A stretch of 64,000 nt of DNA from an uncultured Verrucomicrobiaceae bacterium (GCA_964386045.1 CAYLRA010000003.1:9006-73005), one strand, 5' to 3'. Positions 26,426 to 37,638 are shown, numbered from the stretch's first letter. The notes: generated by a model from the letters alone, not told the origin. Translations and numbers: made by a program.

Positions 26426-26532
26426 GCGAGGGCCGTCTTTATCATCGGGTGGGAGGGGCGGCTATAATACGCGCCCCGCGCCTGTCGCGGAACCGCTGTC
26501 CCCCGCCGAACCCTCCCATCGCCGAGAGCCGC

Positions 26533-28242
26533 ATGAGCGAAAGCCCCGAGAGCGAAAACCCCAAGCGCGAAAATCGAGCGCCAAACAATTTCCTGCGCCA
26601 GATCGTCGAGGATGACCTCGCTGCCGGCCGCAACGGCGGGCGGGTGGCGACCCGCTTCCCGCCGGAGCCGAACGGCTACCTGCACGTCGGCCACGCCAAA
26701 TCGATCTGCCTCAATTTCGGGCTGGCCGAACAGTTCGGCGGTACCTGCAACCTGCGCTTCGACGATACCAACCCGGAGAAGGAGAACCAGGAGTTCATCG
26801 ACGCCATCAAGGCCGACGTGCAGTGGCTCGGTTTCAGCTGGCAGGAGCCGGTGCACTACGCATCGGACTATTTCGATCAGCTGCACGACTGGGCGCTGCA
26901 TTTGATTCGCGCCGGCAAGGCCTATGTCTGCCAGCTGACGCCGGAGCAGGCGCGCGAATATCGCGGCTCGCTGACCGAGCCGGGCCGGGACAGCCCTTAT
27001 CGCGAGCGCAGCGTCGATGAGAATCTTGAGCTGTTCGCACGCATGCGCACCGGAGAGTTTGACGAAGGGGAGTGTGTGCTGCGCGCCAGGATCGACATGG
27101 CGGCGCCGAACATCAACCTGCGCGACCCGATCCTCTATCGCATTCGCAAGGCGCACCACCACCAGACCGGCGACAAGTGGTGCATCTACCCGAGTTACGA
27201 CTACGCGCACGGACAGTCCGACGCGATCGAAGGGATTACCCACTCGATCTGCACGCTCGAATTCGAGGATCACCGCCCACTCTACGAGTGGCTGATCGAC
27301 AACCTGCCGGTGCCGGTCAAGCCACGCCAGTATGAATTCGCGCGCCTCAACCTCAACTACACCGTCACCAGCAAGCGCAAGTTGAAGCAGCTGGTCGACG
27401 AGAAGATTGTCGATGGTTGGGATGACCCGCGCATGCCGACGCTGGCCGGCATGCGCCGCCGTGGCTTCACGCCGAGTGCGATTCGCAACTTCTGCGACAT
27501 GATCGGAGTGACACGCAGCGAAGGTGTTGTCGACGTGGCGATGCTGGAGTTCGCCATTCGCGACGATCTCGACAAGAACGCACCGCGTGCGCTCTGCGTG
27601 CTCGATCCGTTGAAGGTGGTCATTACCAACTTCCCCGACGGTCAGGTTGAGCAGCTGCACGCGCCGAACCATCCGTCGCGTCCCGACCTCGGCGAGCGCG
27701 CCCTGCCGTTCACCCGCGAGCTCTACATCGATCGCGCCGATTTCCGCATCGATGCCAACAAGAAATACAAGCGGCTGGTACTCGGCAAGAAAGTGCGGCT
27801 GCGCCATGCCTACGTCATCACCGCCGACGAGGTGATCAAGGATGAGGCGGGCAATATCATCGAGGTGCGCGCCACCTATGATTCGGCAACCCACGGCGCC
27901 GATCCGGCCGATGGGGTCAAACCGAAGGGCGTGATCCAGTGGGTGTCGGCGACACGCGGTGTCAAGGCGGAAGTGCGCCTGTACGAGCGCCTGTTCAATG
28001 ATCCGGCACCCGATCGCGGCGAAGGCAACTTCCTTGACCATGTCAATCCGCAGGCACTGGTAGTGCGCGAGGCGTGGATCGAGCCGGCGCTGGCCGAAGT
28101 GAAACCGGAGAGCCACTTCCAGTTCGAGCGCGAGGGCTATTTCGTATCGGATCGGTACGACCACAGCGAGGCGCGCCCGGTGTTCAACAGGACCATCGGC
28201 CTGCGCGATACCTTCAATGAAACCGCTGCTGGCGGCGAATGA
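26533..28242 (+). CDS. glnS: Glutaminyl-tRNA synthetase
   Basis: Start at the ATG at 26533 ([10 protein letters not shown]...). [17 protein letters not shown] (HIGH motif), the VTSKRKL (KMSKS-equivalent) segment and the C-terminal anticodon-binding region are typical of GlnRS. Confidence 0.9.
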   Translation: MSESPESENPKRENRAPNNFLRQIVEDDLAAGRNGGRVATRFPPEPNGYLHVGHAKSICLNFGLAEQFGGTCNLRFDDTNPEKENQEFIDAIKADVQWLGFSWQEPVHYASDYFDQLHDWALHLIRAGKAYVCQLTPEQAREYRGSLTEPGRDSPYRERSVDENLELFARMRTGEFDEGECVLRARIDMAAPNINLRDPILYRIRKAHHHQTGDKWCIYPSYDYAHGQSDAIEGITHSICTLEFEDHRPLYEWLIDNLPVPVKPRQYEFARLNLNYTVTSKRKLKQLVDEKIVDGWDDPRMPTLAGMRRRGFTPSAIRNFCDMIGVTRSEGVVDVAMLEFAIRDDLDKNAPRALCVLDPLKVVITNFPDGQVEQLHAPNHPSRPDLGERALPFTRELYIDRADFRIDANKKYKRLVLGKKVRLRHAYVITADEVIKDEAGNIIEVRATYDSATHGADPADGVKPKGVIQWVSATRGVKAEVRLYERLFNDPAPDRGEGNFLDHVNPQALVVREAWIEPALAEVKPESHFQFEREGYFVSDRYDHSEARPVFNRTIGLRDTFNETAAGGE

Positions 28243-28261
28243 TTTCCACTGAGACCTGTCG

Positions 28262-29656
28262 ATGTCGCTGAAGATCTACAACACGCTGAGCCGGGGCAAG
28301 GAGCCCTTTACGCCGATCGAGCCGGGCAAGGTGCGCATGTACGTCTGCGGCATGACCGTCTACGACTACTGCCACCTCGGCCATGCGCGCGTGCTGGTCG
28401 CCTTCGATGTCGTCGTGCGCTATTTGCGCTCGCGTGGTTTCGAGGTCACCTACGTGCGCAACATCACCGACGTCGACGACAAGATCCTGAAGCGCGCCAG
28501 CGAGAACGGCGAAGCCTACGAGGCGCTGACCGGCCGCTTCATCGATGCGATGCACGAAGACGAAAAGCGCCTCGGCATCCTGCCGCCGACCATCGAGCCG
28601 CGCGCGACGCAACACATCGACCAGATGATCGCGCTGATCGAGAAGCTGGTTGAAAAGGACTATGCCTATCGCGCCAACAATGGCGACGTCTACTACGCCG
28701 TGGCCAGGTTCGAGGGGTACGGCAAACTTTCCGGCAAGAATCCTGAAGAGCTGCTGGCCGGTGCGCGGATCGAAGTTGGCGAGGCCAAGCGCGACCCGCG
28801 CGACTTCGCGCTGTGGAAAGCGGCCAAACCGAGCGAGGAGGCGGTGTGGGAGTCGCCGTGGGGTCCGGGTCGCCCTGGCTGGCATATCGAGTGCTCGGCG
28901 ATGTCGACCTGCTGCCTCGGCGACACCTTCGATATCCACGGTGGCGGCCCCGACCTGCGTTTCCCGCACCACGAAAACGAGATCGCGCAGAGCGAGGCAG
29001 CCACCGGCAAGCACTACGCCAATGTCTGGATGCACGCCGGCGCGGTGCGCGTCGACGGCGAGAAGATGTCGAAGTCGCTCGGCAACTTCTTCACCATTCG
29101 CGACATCCTCGCCCAGTACGATCCGGAGGTGGTGCGCTACCTGCTGATCAGCAGCCACTACCGCAGTGCGATCGACTACTCGCAGGAGAGCCTGCAGGAG
29201 GCGCGCTCGGGTCTCGATCGCCTTTACACCGCGCTGCGCGACCATGCCGATGTTGCGCCGGCGGCACCGGCTCAGCTGGAGTCCAGTGCCTTCCACGATC
29301 GCTTCAATGCAGCCATGGACGACGACTTCAACACCCGTGAAGCACTGGCAGTGCTGTTCGAGCTGGTGCGAATGATCAATACGGCCGCTGACGATACCTC
29401 GGCTCAGCGTCACGCTGCTGAACTGAAAGCGTTGGCGGCAGTGCTCGGCATCCTGCAGAACAATCCGATTGCCTATCTGCAAGGCAAAGCTGTTGGTGGC
29501 CCTGACGCAGAAAGGATCGAGGCATTGATCGCCGAACGTCTGGCGGCGCGCCAGGCCAGGGATTTCGCCCGCTCGGATCAGATTCGCGATGAGTTGAAGG
29601 CGCAGGGTGTCGTTCTTGAGGATGGAGCGGGCGGAACCACCTGGCGTCGAGAGTGA
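28262..29656 (+). CDS. cysS: Cysteinyl-tRNA synthetase
   Basis: 464 aa. Motifs [18 protein letters not shown] (HIGH), WHIECS and [10 protein letters not shown] (KMSKS). Confidence 0.9.
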   Translation: MSLKIYNTLSRGKEPFTPIEPGKVRMYVCGMTVYDYCHLGHARVLVAFDVVVRYLRSRGFEVTYVRNITDVDDKILKRASENGEAYEALTGRFIDAMHEDEKRLGILPPTIEPRATQHIDQMIALIEKLVEKDYAYRANNGDVYYAVARFEGYGKLSGKNPEELLAGARIEVGEAKRDPRDFALWKAAKPSEEAVWESPWGPGRPGWHIECSAMSTCCLGDTFDIHGGGPDLRFPHHENEIAQSEAATGKHYANVWMHAGAVRVDGEKMSKSLGNFFTIRDILAQYDPEVVRYLLISSHYRSAIDYSQESLQEARSGLDRLYTALRDHADVAPAAPAQLESSAFHDRFNAAMDDDFNTREALAVLFELVRMINTAADDTSAQRHAAELKALAAVLGILQNNPIAYLQGKAVGGPDAERIEALIAERLAARQARDFARSDQIRDELKAQGVVLEDGAGGTTWRRE

Positions 29657-29744
29657 GGATCGGCTCCAGCGCCGGGATCTTGCGGGGAATTGCAGGCAGG
29701 AAAGCTCATCCCTGAGCTGTGGTCATCACCGTTCCCGGTGCCAC

Positions 29745-30380
29745 TCAAACCGCGTGCTGGCGGCGTGCCACGAGAAGCGCTGAAAGTGCGGAACCAAACA
29801 ACCAGAATGCGGCGGGAACGGGCACTTCAGCAACGTTCAGTACACCGCTGTAACTGCCGCCGAATTCACCAGTGATATTGCCGCGGATCTGCAGTGCATA
29901 GGTGCCCGCGTCAAGCAGGATCGCCTCCAGCACGGAGATGGAACCGCCGCCGGGGAGGCTGGTAAGAACTCCACTCCATACTGTGCCCAATGGATCGCCA
30001 AGCACCTGAGGTGTTTCGGTCTGCAGCGTCCGGTCATACAGTCGCACCTGCAGATCCCCGATGCTCCAGGCGCTTCCGAGATCGATGGTGGCGGTGATCG
30101 AACTGGCGAACGCGTTGCTCACCGTGAAAACATAATCGTCGTAAAACTGGTAGGACGTGCCGGAGATCGTATCGAAACCTTCACCGACAAAAGTGTTGCC
30201 ATAGGTGTAGCTGCTGGGTACGGGGACACCGACGGAGGTGCCTTGGCCCTCTGTGCCGTGGCTGGTCGTCGAGTAGCTGAGCACGAGTGGTTGCGCTGCG
30301 GCGCTGGCCGGCATTGCAGCCAGTACCGGCCCCAACATGATCGTGCCGGCTGCAATCAGGGTATTGAGTCTGCTGGGCAT
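29745..30380 (-). CDS. Secreted PEP-CTERM-anchored protein (exosortase substrate 1)
   Basis: Start at the ATG at 30380 with GGAGGA 6 nt upstream. Signal peptide MPSRLNTLIAAGTIMLGPVLAAMPASAAA. The C-terminus VPVPAAFWLFGSALSALLVARRQHAV has the PEP-CTERM layout (Pro-rich motif, TM helix, basic cluster). Confidence 0.75.
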   Translation of the reverse strand: MPSRLNTLIAAGTIMLGPVLAAMPASAAAQPLVLSYSTTSHGTEGQGTSVGVPVPSSYTYGNTFVGEGFDTISGTSYQFYDDYVFTVSNAFASSITATIDLGSAWSIGDLQVRLYDRTLQTETPQVLGDPLGTVWSGVLTSLPGGGSISVLEAILLDAGTYALQIRGNITGEFGGSYSGVLNVAEVPVPAAFWLFGSALSALLVARRQHAV

Positions 30381-30529
30381 GGGATTTCCTCCGTCAATTT
30401 GTTGGCCAGTGCGGTGTCTGTAGCCATGTGGGCTACCGTTCACAACTCGGGGGAGTCGTCTGCCGGCAAACGTAACAGTGACGGAAATCCGCTTCTATCT
30501 CGTATTGGTTAAATTTTGCGCACACAAAG

Positions 30530-30558
30530 CGCTGACGTTTCGCGGAATAACGTCAGCG
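30530..30558 (-). terminator. Possible terminator hairpin after prsT
   Basis: CGCTGACGTT-N9-AACGTCAGCG (10-bp stem) just downstream of the prsT stop, followed by only a weak U-rich tract on the minus strand. Confidence 0.35.
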
Positions 30559-30615
30559 TTTCGTGTGACTGTTCGTGTGACCGTTGTCATGAGCTTGTCG
30601 GACTGAGCCAGTCGG

Positions 30616-33042
30616 TCAGTTGATCTGCTCGGTCTGACGCAGAGTTTGCTCAGCTTCGGCTCGCCAGGCATACGGTGTGTCGCCCTCGGTGGCGAGTTCG
30701 AGCTGCTCGCGCCCCTTGTCGACCATGTTGTTGCGCACGTAGGCAATGCCCAGGTGGTAACGCAACTCCGGAGCCGGCTGCCGGCGCACGGCATCTTCCA
30801 GAAGCGAAATGGCTTGCGGGTAGTTGCCGCTCTTGACGTGTATCCAGCCCAGCGTATCGAGAAAAACTGGATTGTTGCTGCGTTCGAAATGAGCGGTCAG
30901 TCGCATCGCGCGTCGCAGATTCTCCTCCGAAGGCGACACTTCGACCAGCAGCATCGCGAGGTTGTTGCGCACGATATCGGAGTTGGGCAGTGCCTTTTCC
31001 AGTCGTTCGTACATTGCCAGTGCTTCAGCGTTGTCACCATTTGACTGGTGAAGCTCGGCCAGCAGCAACATCAGGCCGGGATTGTCCGGGTTCTGTGAAA
31101 GTCCCTCGTTGAGCAGGGCATGTACCTTGTCTTTACGCTTTTCCGCGATGAAGACGGCGGAGAGCTCCCGATAGGCGGATACCCGCTTTGGATCCTTCTT
31201 GATGATCTCTGTCAGAAGGCGTTCCGCGTCCTGTCGGCGACCTTGCTGATGGTACAGCGCTGCCAGCAGCTCCTGCGCATGGAGCTGGTCGGGATACTGC
31301 TTGACGTGGTTTTCAGCATACGCAAGGGCTTTGGCGCTCTGATTACTGCGGATATACATGCTCAGCAGCGCTTTCAGGGGCTCGATTGCGCGCGGCTCCT
31401 TGTTGAGTGAATTCTGCAGCGCTTCGATGGCTCCTTCGGTATCGCCCCGACGTTCGAGCACCATGCCGCGCAGGTAGTGGCCGGCCGATGCGCTTTCCTG
31501 GCGAAGAATCAGGTTCTGTGCAATCTCCAGTGCCTGATCCCACTTTTTCTGGCGCGAGAATATATCGACCAGCTGCTTGGCCACGTCGTAGTTGCCGGGA
31601 GCAAGTTTATAGGCCTGTTCCAGTAACCTGGCGGCATCATCGAGCTTGCCCTCGGCCAGCAAAAGGCGGGCAGCACCCGTCAAGCCCGTCAGATTGGAAG
31701 CGTTGATCTGTAGCAACTGCTGATAGCTATCGAGTGCGAGGTTACTGGCACCGATGCGCTCCTGCGCAGGGCCAAGCAGCTCAAGTGCAGGAATGGAGCT
31801 GGGTGAGTTCTTGAGTACGGTTCTCAAGTCGGCGATGGCGCTTTCCGCCTTGTTCTCATGCAGCAGTATCTTTGCGCGAATCAGCAGTGCGTCGCCGTTT
31901 TCCGGCTCGATGTCGAGGTTTTCTGCAAGAAGTTTATCTGCAGCGGCGCGCTCTCCCTTGCCCAGCGAGAGTTCGATGAGCTTGTTCCTTGCATCGATCG
32001 CCTCGGCAGAACGCGGATCCTTGCCGATGATGCCGTGGTAAATGGCTTCGGCCTTGTCGATCTCATTGAGCGCGATATGCAGCCTGGCCAGTGCCACGCG
32101 AAGCAGGTGATTGTCGGGAGAGCCGTCGACAAATCCTTGCAGCGTCTCAAGGGCCTCCGGCGCACGTTCGGTCCTGGCAAGGAAATCAACCAGGATCAGC
32201 TTGGCTTGATCGGCGTCCGGATTTCGCTTCAGCATCTCGCGAATCGCCGACTCCGCTTCGTCATTGCGGTGCAGGACGTTCAGATATGCCGCGAGCTGCA
32301 CCGGGTAGATCAGCGCCTCCGGATTCTGTGTAATCAGCTTCTGATAAGCATCAATGACATCCTCGGTGTTTCCCATTCGGGTCAGCAACTGAATCCGCAG
32401 GAGTTGCAGCGTGATATTCGAAGGGTTGCTGTCGATGCCTTTTTCGACGGTGGCCAAGGCCTTGACGGGATCGCTGTTCCCATAGATGGCAGCCAGCAAG
32501 CCGGTGGCGGTGATGTGTCCCGGAGTTTTTTCCAGAATCTTCTGGCAGAGAAGCTCCGCCTCGGCCAGCTTCTGCTCCCGGAACAGAACACCGGCTCTCG
32601 CCGCCAGCGCTTCGGGGTGATCCGGATCATGGGCGAGGACGGCATCGATCTGTTCGTTTGCCTTTTCGATCTGGCTACTGGCGATCAGTAGCTCAGCCAG
32701 CTTGATGCGCGCCTCCCATAACGTGGGGTCGGATTCCACGGCGGCACTGAGGTTGGCGTACATCTGCGGCCAGTTCTGCTGCCGCTCTTCGAGGCGAGCG
32801 AAGAGAAAGCGGGCCTGAGCATTACTGGTGTTGATCTGCAGGACGTTCCGGAGGTCTACGCGCGCCTTTTCGTAGTCCTCTGCTTCGAAAGCGGCCTGAG
32901 CCCGCTCCAGATACTTCGCCTCTCTCTCCTCGCCGCTGGAGCATCCAGAGAGATATAGCGTTGATGCAACCAGGACGATCGAAATCGGCGTGCTGGCCAA
33001 AGCACGAAAATTGAAGGCGCGAAGCGTGAAGCTGGTATTCAT
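30616..33042 (-). CDS. prsT: PEP-CTERM system TPR-repeat lipoprotein (PrsT-like)
   Basis: Start at the ATG at 33042 (GGAG 6 nt upstream). Lipobox signal MNTSFTLRAFNFRALASTPISIVLVASTLYLSGC, then about 800 aa of back-to-back TPR repeats. Adjacent to xrtA. Confidence 0.8.
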   Translation of the reverse strand: MNTSFTLRAFNFRALASTPISIVLVASTLYLSGCSSGEEREAKYLERAQAAFEAEDYEKARVDLRNVLQINTSNAQARFLFARLEERQQNWPQMYANLSAAVESDPTLWEARIKLAELLIASSQIEKANEQIDAVLAHDPDHPEALAARAGVLFREQKLAEAELLCQKILEKTPGHITATGLLAAIYGNSDPVKALATVEKGIDSNPSNITLQLLRIQLLTRMGNTEDVIDAYQKLITQNPEALIYPVQLAAYLNVLHRNDEAESAIREMLKRNPDADQAKLILVDFLARTERAPEALETLQGFVDGSPDNHLLRVALARLHIALNEIDKAEAIYHGIIGKDPRSAEAIDARNKLIELSLGKGERAAADKLLAENLDIEPENGDALLIRAKILLHENKAESAIADLRTVLKNSPSSIPALELLGPAQERIGASNLALDSYQQLLQINASNLTGLTGAARLLLAEGKLDDAARLLEQAYKLAPGNYDVAKQLVDIFSRQKKWDQALEIAQNLILRQESASAGHYLRGMVLERRGDTEGAIEALQNSLNKEPRAIEPLKALLSMYIRSNQSAKALAYAENHVKQYPDQLHAQELLAALYHQQGRRQDAERLLTEIIKKDPKRVSAYRELSAVFIAEKRKDKVHALLNEGLSQNPDNPGLMLLLAELHQSNGDNAEALAMYERLEKALPNSDIVRNNLAMLLVEVSPSEENLRRAMRLTAHFERSNNPVFLDTLGWIHVKSGNYPQAISLLEDAVRRQPAPELRYHLGIAYVRNNMVDKGREQLELATEGDTPYAWRAEAEQTLRQTEQIN

Positions 33043-33064
33043 GATGAACTCCGGAGCGATTTCA

Positions 33065-34708
33065 TTAGACCGGTAAAAGGGTGTAAAAAAGTACAAATCC
33101 CGCCATACATCCCAGCGGAGCCAAATGGCGACCCTGGGTTCGACCAAGAACAAATTCGCAGCTATACATCAGGACGCAGAGGCGCAGGACAATCTCTCCC
33201 ACAGCATGTCGACTGACTGACTCAATGGGGAGCAGCGGCACGGTGACGACGATAAGTAAAATCAGGAGATCCTGAGTGTCCAGCCTGAACTGCTCTCGCC
33301 GGGTCATACGGATGGCAAGGGCAAGAAGACAGGCCAATGCGACAAACAGTGCGTTGATCATCGACCCACTGCCCGAAAACTCTGTCGATGTGGACAGCAG
33401 GTAGGCGCTGAAGGCGCTGGCCGGGTAGACAAAAAGTCGGGTTATCCAGGGGGTCAGTCCGCGCGCCAGGAGGAAAATGACGAAAGATGCCGTCAATGCG
33501 ATTGACGCGTTGATAAAAGAGTGTGGGGAATCACGAGAAACCAGAGGAAGAGTCAGTGCGGCAGCGATTGCGACCTGGATGATGTAAGCGGAGTTGAGAT
33601 AGAACCACTTCATTTTTCTGAGAAGAAAGTTTCGTCTGTCTATGTGGTCACGTTGCGCCTCCTGCGTGTGAAATCTCCATTGGGATAGACGTGCCAGCTT
33701 GAGGGACCCAAGTAGAATTGCGCAGAACAGTGCGTAAATTGTCAGGAGGATCCAGTCTTCCGCATAACGAAAGAAAAATGCCAGTGACAGAAGGAGTATC
33801 TGGAGCAGATAAATGATTGCTACGGCCTCGTTGTGGCGGAAGCCCAGTGCGATGATCTGGTGATGAAGATGGTTCCTGTCCGGTGAAAATGGTGATCTTC
33901 CCTCCCGCAGACGAATGGTCATGACGGTCAGGGTATCGAGAACAGGCAGGCCAAGCAGGAGCAGAGGAAGTGCCGGGCTTACCGGGGCGGTATCGTGCTG
34001 GGATACCAGTATCGCCAGGCAGGCTGATAAAAAGCCGAGCAGCTGGCTGCCGGTATCACCCATGAAAATTTGCGCTGGATAGGTGTTGAATCGAAGAAAG
34101 CCGAGAACCCCGCCAATGGCTGTCAGGGCGATCAGCGTACTGAGCATGTCTTCCGCCAATAGTCCAATCAGGGCGATGGCGGATAGTGTCAGAAGCGAAG
34201 AGCCACCCGCCAATCCATCCAGCCCGTCCGTGAGATTGACGGCGTTGGTAACGCCGAGAATGAAAAAGAAGCTGACCACGCAACTGAGTACGGTGGGTGC
34301 TGCCTCAAAATCGAACAGTGGGAGGCGCTGCATGGTCACGCCGCCGATCAGAACAATCAGGCTTGCAACAATCTGGCCGATGAATTTCCAGCGGTAGTCC
34401 AGGTTGTATCTGTCGTCGAGAACGCCAAAGATGATGATTATCGCCGCACCGATAAACAGGGAAGCAAGCAGTCTGGTGTGGTCACCGAAGTAAAGTGATG
34501 AAAAGTAGACAAGCGGAATGGCGATGCCAATCGCCATGGCAATGCCACCGCTGCGCGGGATCGAATGCGCGTGCTGCTTGCGATTGGCATCCGGTTTGTC
34601 AAGCAATCCCAGCCTCGGTGCCAGGCGCATCGCGACTGGCATCAACGCAATCGTGAGAAATAGCGCAACGGTCAGGCTGTATGCGAGTTCCATGGCGTCA
34701 GGGGGCAT
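33065..34708 (-). CDS. Polyprenyl-phosphate hexosamine-1-phosphate transferase (GT4, WecA/MraY family) with an extra C-terminal membrane domain
   Basis: Motifs DKPDANRKQHAHSIPRSGG, VLDDRYNL, NAVNLTDGLDGLAGG, FMGDTGSQLLGF and PDRNHLHH all lie in the first ~300 aa. A further ~250 aa of hydrophobic segments follows. The start is ambiguous (34708 or 34693). Confidence 0.8.
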   Translation of the reverse strand: MPPDAMELAYSLTVALFLTIALMPVAMRLAPRLGLLDKPDANRKQHAHSIPRSGGIAMAIGIAIPLVYFSSLYFGDHTRLLASLFIGAAIIIIFGVLDDRYNLDYRWKFIGQIVASLIVLIGGVTMQRLPLFDFEAAPTVLSCVVSFFFILGVTNAVNLTDGLDGLAGGSSLLTLSAIALIGLLAEDMLSTLIALTAIGGVLGFLRFNTYPAQIFMGDTGSQLLGFLSACLAILVSQHDTAPVSPALPLLLLGLPVLDTLTVMTIRLREGRSPFSPDRNHLHHQIIALGFRHNEAVAIIYLLQILLLSLAFFFRYAEDWILLTIYALFCAILLGSLKLARLSQWRFHTQEAQRDHIDRRNFLLRKMKWFYLNSAYIIQVAIAAALTLPLVSRDSPHSFINASIALTASFVIFLLARGLTPWITRLFVYPASAFSAYLLSTSTEFSGSGSMINALFVALACLLALAIRMTRREQFRLDTQDLLILLIVVTVPLLPIESVSRHAVGEIVLRLCVLMYSCEFVLGRTQGRHLAPLGCMAGFVLFYTLLPV

Positions 34709-36305
34709 ACTTTGTCAGTGTGGGATAGAAGTCGCGCAGGAACTTCTGCAGGCGCTGGTCCGACGCCTCGATCGATGCTCCTTCGGGAACCATCGTCGTG
34801 ACACGTACCAGAGCGCCATCAGAGCGTGACTCCAGCAACGAGTCGACGAAGATGTACCACTTGGCCAGATACTCGTTGGTGATGTTCCTGCCGCGTCCTT
34901 CGAACCAGTAGTAGACGATCTGGGCGTGATGATCCTTGCGGATGATTGCCCTGTTGACGCGCAGGTTATTGCCACTGACATGCCTGACATCATCGATCGA
35001 GATCTGATCCAGTTCGTCCATTCGCCAGCCACCGCCGGGGATGCAGGATCGCGGTGAGTGTATCGATGCGCCTTTCTTCTGTGATGAGTACCAGGCGACA
35101 TACAGGTTGACTGGGGGATCAACGAGCGAAGTACTTGTGCTCCGGTAATCGGCAATGAGGTAGTCGGTCAGCTTGAGTGTGTCCAGGACATCGCGATCCA
35201 GGGCGCCCTCGCGACCGCTCCAGTCGGAGTACTGCAGCGGGAATAGTGAAAGCTTTTCCCGATTCTCGGGTGGCAGCTCTTCTCGGCCACCCAGCGTCAG
35301 AAGCCACGGGGTCATCAGCAACAGCAGGACGGTTCCGCCGAGCAGGGGCATCTGCCGAGAAGGGGATATCGGAAGATCACGCCACTTGAAATCGATTTTC
35401 GGGACATCCAGTTGAAGCTTGTCGAGTATCCGGCCCGGCGTACGAGAAATCTTGTGAAGCAGCATGGCCTCCAGCAGAAGGATGGCCAGACAGCTCATGA
35501 AGATGATCCATCCCTCGAAGTCGTGAAGGAATCCCTCCGCCATCTTGGCGCCCCAGCGATCGACGGTGATGCCGATCAGGCCGATACGGAAGCTATTCAT
35601 CAGCACGGTGATGGGAACGGTGGAAAGGAAAAGAACAGCGCGCTGCCAGAGGGGGGCTTTATAGATGCAGGCGATCAGGAAGCCGAAGCTCATCAAGGGA
35701 AAAAGATACCTGAGGCCGGAACATGCCTCGACCACCTGCAGCTTCATCGCACCGAGATCGATGACGTTGCCTTCCAGATACACAGAGATATCGAAGAGGC
35801 GAATCATCATCACGCCGATCTCTGACGAGATCAGCTGGAGCTGGCTCGACAGATTGAAGTAGATGAAGTTCGGCAGCGGAATCATGAAGATGAGATAGGC
35901 GAGCGGCGCCAGAAGCAGCCGGAATCCCGCTGTACCGAGAAAGCTCAGCACGAATGAAAAAAGTGCGACGAGGAATCCGTACTGGATGACGGTATAGATC
36001 GCGCTCATTTCGCCAAGCACGAAGAGAAATATCGCGAATGCCAGCAGGATGGGTCCCCACCAGGAACCTCGTATCTCCAGGCGTGCGAGATCGTTGATCT
36101 TCTGGTAGATCAGGAATGCGGATACAAACGGAATCATGTATCCATGGTTGTACTCTTCCCGGTCCCACCAGGAGACCATCAGCGCGAGGGAGTCGTAGCA
36201 GACCCACACGAGAACTGCCAGGAAGATGGCGCAGGCCGTCCAGACAAGCGGGGCGTATCTGGAATCTGTCGTCGATATTTTCAAGCTGGATTTATTGGTT
36301 TTCAT
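34698..36305 (-). CDS. xrtA: Exosortase A fused to an EpsI-family domain (XrtA-EpsI)
   Basis: 535 aa. Polytopic N-terminal half with the catalytic Cys motif VVEACSGLRYLFP, the Arg motif NSFRIGLIG and the His motif HDFEGW. The C-terminal half has the EpsI-type SIHSPRSCIPGGGW motif. Confidence 0.85.
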   Translation of the reverse strand: MKTNKSSLKISTTDSRYAPLVWTACAIFLAVLVWVCYDSLALMVSWWDREEYNHGYMIPFVSAFLIYQKINDLARLEIRGSWWGPILLAFAIFLFVLGEMSAIYTVIQYGFLVALFSFVLSFLGTAGFRLLLAPLAYLIFMIPLPNFIYFNLSSQLQLISSEIGVMMIRLFDISVYLEGNVIDLGAMKLQVVEACSGLRYLFPLMSFGFLIACIYKAPLWQRAVLFLSTVPITVLMNSFRIGLIGITVDRWGAKMAEGFLHDFEGWIIFMSCLAILLLEAMLLHKISRTPGRILDKLQLDVPKIDFKWRDLPISPSRQMPLLGGTVLLLLMTPWLLTLGGREELPPENREKLSLFPLQYSDWSGREGALDRDVLDTLKLTDYLIADYRSTSTSLVDPPVNLYVAWYSSQKKGASIHSPRSCIPGGGWRMDELDQISIDDVRHVSGNNLRVNRAIIRKDHHAQIVYYWFEGRGRNITNEYLAKWYIFVDSLLESRSDGALVRVTTMVPEGASIEASDQRLQKFLRDFYPTLTKYAP

Positions 36306-36396
36306 CTTGGCTGCATATGTCGTTCGTTAAAGTTTGGATTTCCTGCCGGCGAGCAGGTACGAAGGCCAGCGCTTTTGTTGATGACGGTCGACACCT

Positions 36397-37638
36397 TCAT
36401 CGCGAAATTCTCGACAAGCGCACGTGGGCGCTGGTAACGGCAAATCCGTAGGCGAGCAGCATGGGTATAGAAAGCCTTACGTAAAACCAGGCGTCTGCCG
36501 CAAGGTCGAATATGGCAAAGCTGATCAGCGCCGACAGTGTGATCGTGATCATGAAGGGCTGATGCTTTTTGAGACGTCTGTGCAGGTGCCACAGGCGGCT
36601 CAGAAGGGTGAACCACAAGTACAGGTATGCCAAAAGGGCTGGAAAACCAAAATCGCGGAGGATGAGGAGATACATGTTGTCAGCCCAGCCAACATCGACG
36701 CTCTTTGATGGGCCACGGCCTATCAGGATTTGATAGGGGCTTTCCAGAAGTTTCGACAGGAAGGCGCTCCACCAGGCGAAGCGAAGCTCCAGCGTGTGGG
36801 TGTTATCAAGGGAAAAGCGATCTGTGTTCGCGTAATAGTCGCTTATGAATATTCGGTATCCATAGTAGAGAGCAACGCCGACGACGAAAAATGCTGCGAT
36901 GACAATAGTGCGTTGACCGAGATTTGCACTCTTTCCGGTGTCTGTCAGAAGGTATCCCATCGCGGCCAGGCCGGAGACGCTCGCAATCATCGCTCCACGC
37001 GAGCCTGCCATTATGATTGCCACGAAAAGCAGCAATAGAATCACCAGCGCTGGGAGGCTGCGTCGAGCCACGGTTCGGTGGCAGCTGATGATCATGCCGA
37101 AGCCGAGCAAAAGCCCCCAGTAGTTTGGGTTTCCAAGTGTTCCAATGACTCTGCGCCAGCTGAAACCTTCTATCAGTTGCTCGTAATTGGCCGTGTAAAT
37201 GGGAACAGTGACTGCGTTGAGATTCATCCAGTTGAAATACTGAATGAAGCTTATTGCGATGGCGACAATGATGATTGCCCAGGTCAGAATTCTAAGAGTA
37301 AATCCTCCCCGGTAACTCAAGGCAAGCATGGCGCCGGAGATGATTGCACACGAATAGATGACGTACCGCAGCAGAATCAGGAAGTCTCGACCGGCAAAGT
37401 TTCCGCGCAGTAATATCTGGAATGCCAGTGTGACCGCGGCGAGCGTGATCAGAATAGCAATGATCGAGAGCTCTCGGCGAAACAGTTTGAATATCAGCCC
37501 GCCTTGACGTGACATCGCCCATACAGAGAAAAGCGATACGAGAAAATACTCAGGTCTGGCCAGCAGCGATGCCGGTACCAGGAAGCAGGAGAGAATGATG
37601 AGCAGCACTAAAGTCGTCGTCATGACTTTGCCTGGCAA
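36397..37638 (-). CDS. O-antigen-ligase/Wzy-like polytopic membrane protein (exosortase-locus type)
   Basis: 413 aa with about 10 or more hydrophobic segments, including a Wzy_C-like loop (GSRGAMIASVSGLAAMG). Its position between the ATPase and xrtA matches PEP-CTERM loci. The start is 37638 or 37623. Confidence 0.65.
   Translation of the reverse strand: MPGKVMTTTLVLLIILSCFLVPASLLARPEYFLVSLFSVWAMSRQGGLIFKLFRRELSIIAILITLAAVTLAFQILLRGNFAGRDFLILLRYVIYSCAIISGAMLALSYRGGFTLRILTWAIIIVAIAISFIQYFNWMNLNAVTVPIYTANYEQLIEGFSWRRVIGTLGNPNYWGLLLGFGMIISCHRTVARRSLPALVILLLLFVAIIMAGSRGAMIASVSGLAAMGYLLTDTGKSANLGQRTIVIAAFFVVGVALYYGYRIFISDYYANTDRFSLDNTHTLELRFAWWSAFLSKLLESPYQILIGRGPSKSVDVGWADNMYLLILRDFGFPALLAYLYLWFTLLSRLWHLHRRLKKHQPFMITITLSALISFAIFDLAADAWFYVRLSIPMLLAYGFAVTSAHVRLSRISR

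Noticed and set aside
26422-28164. 580-aa minus-strand ORF opposite glnS
   Set aside because: glnS on the plus strand is unambiguous (HIGH and KMSKS-like motifs), so the antisense frame is a GC artefact. The same reasoning applies to 9863-11539, 18833-20698, 20750-22321, 45788-47485, 49369-51435 and 59946-61652 on the minus strand.
30393-30408. Sigma-54-like TGGCCA-N5-TTGAC on the minus strand upstream of PEP-CTERM gene 1
   Set aside because: The -12 element is GA rather than the near-invariant GC, and the site abuts the RBS, so the transcript would lack a ribosome-binding site.
36302-36616. 104-aa minus-strand ORF bridging the xrtA/ligase junction
   Set aside because: It overlaps the 3' end of the ligase-like gene out of frame and has no RBS or motif.
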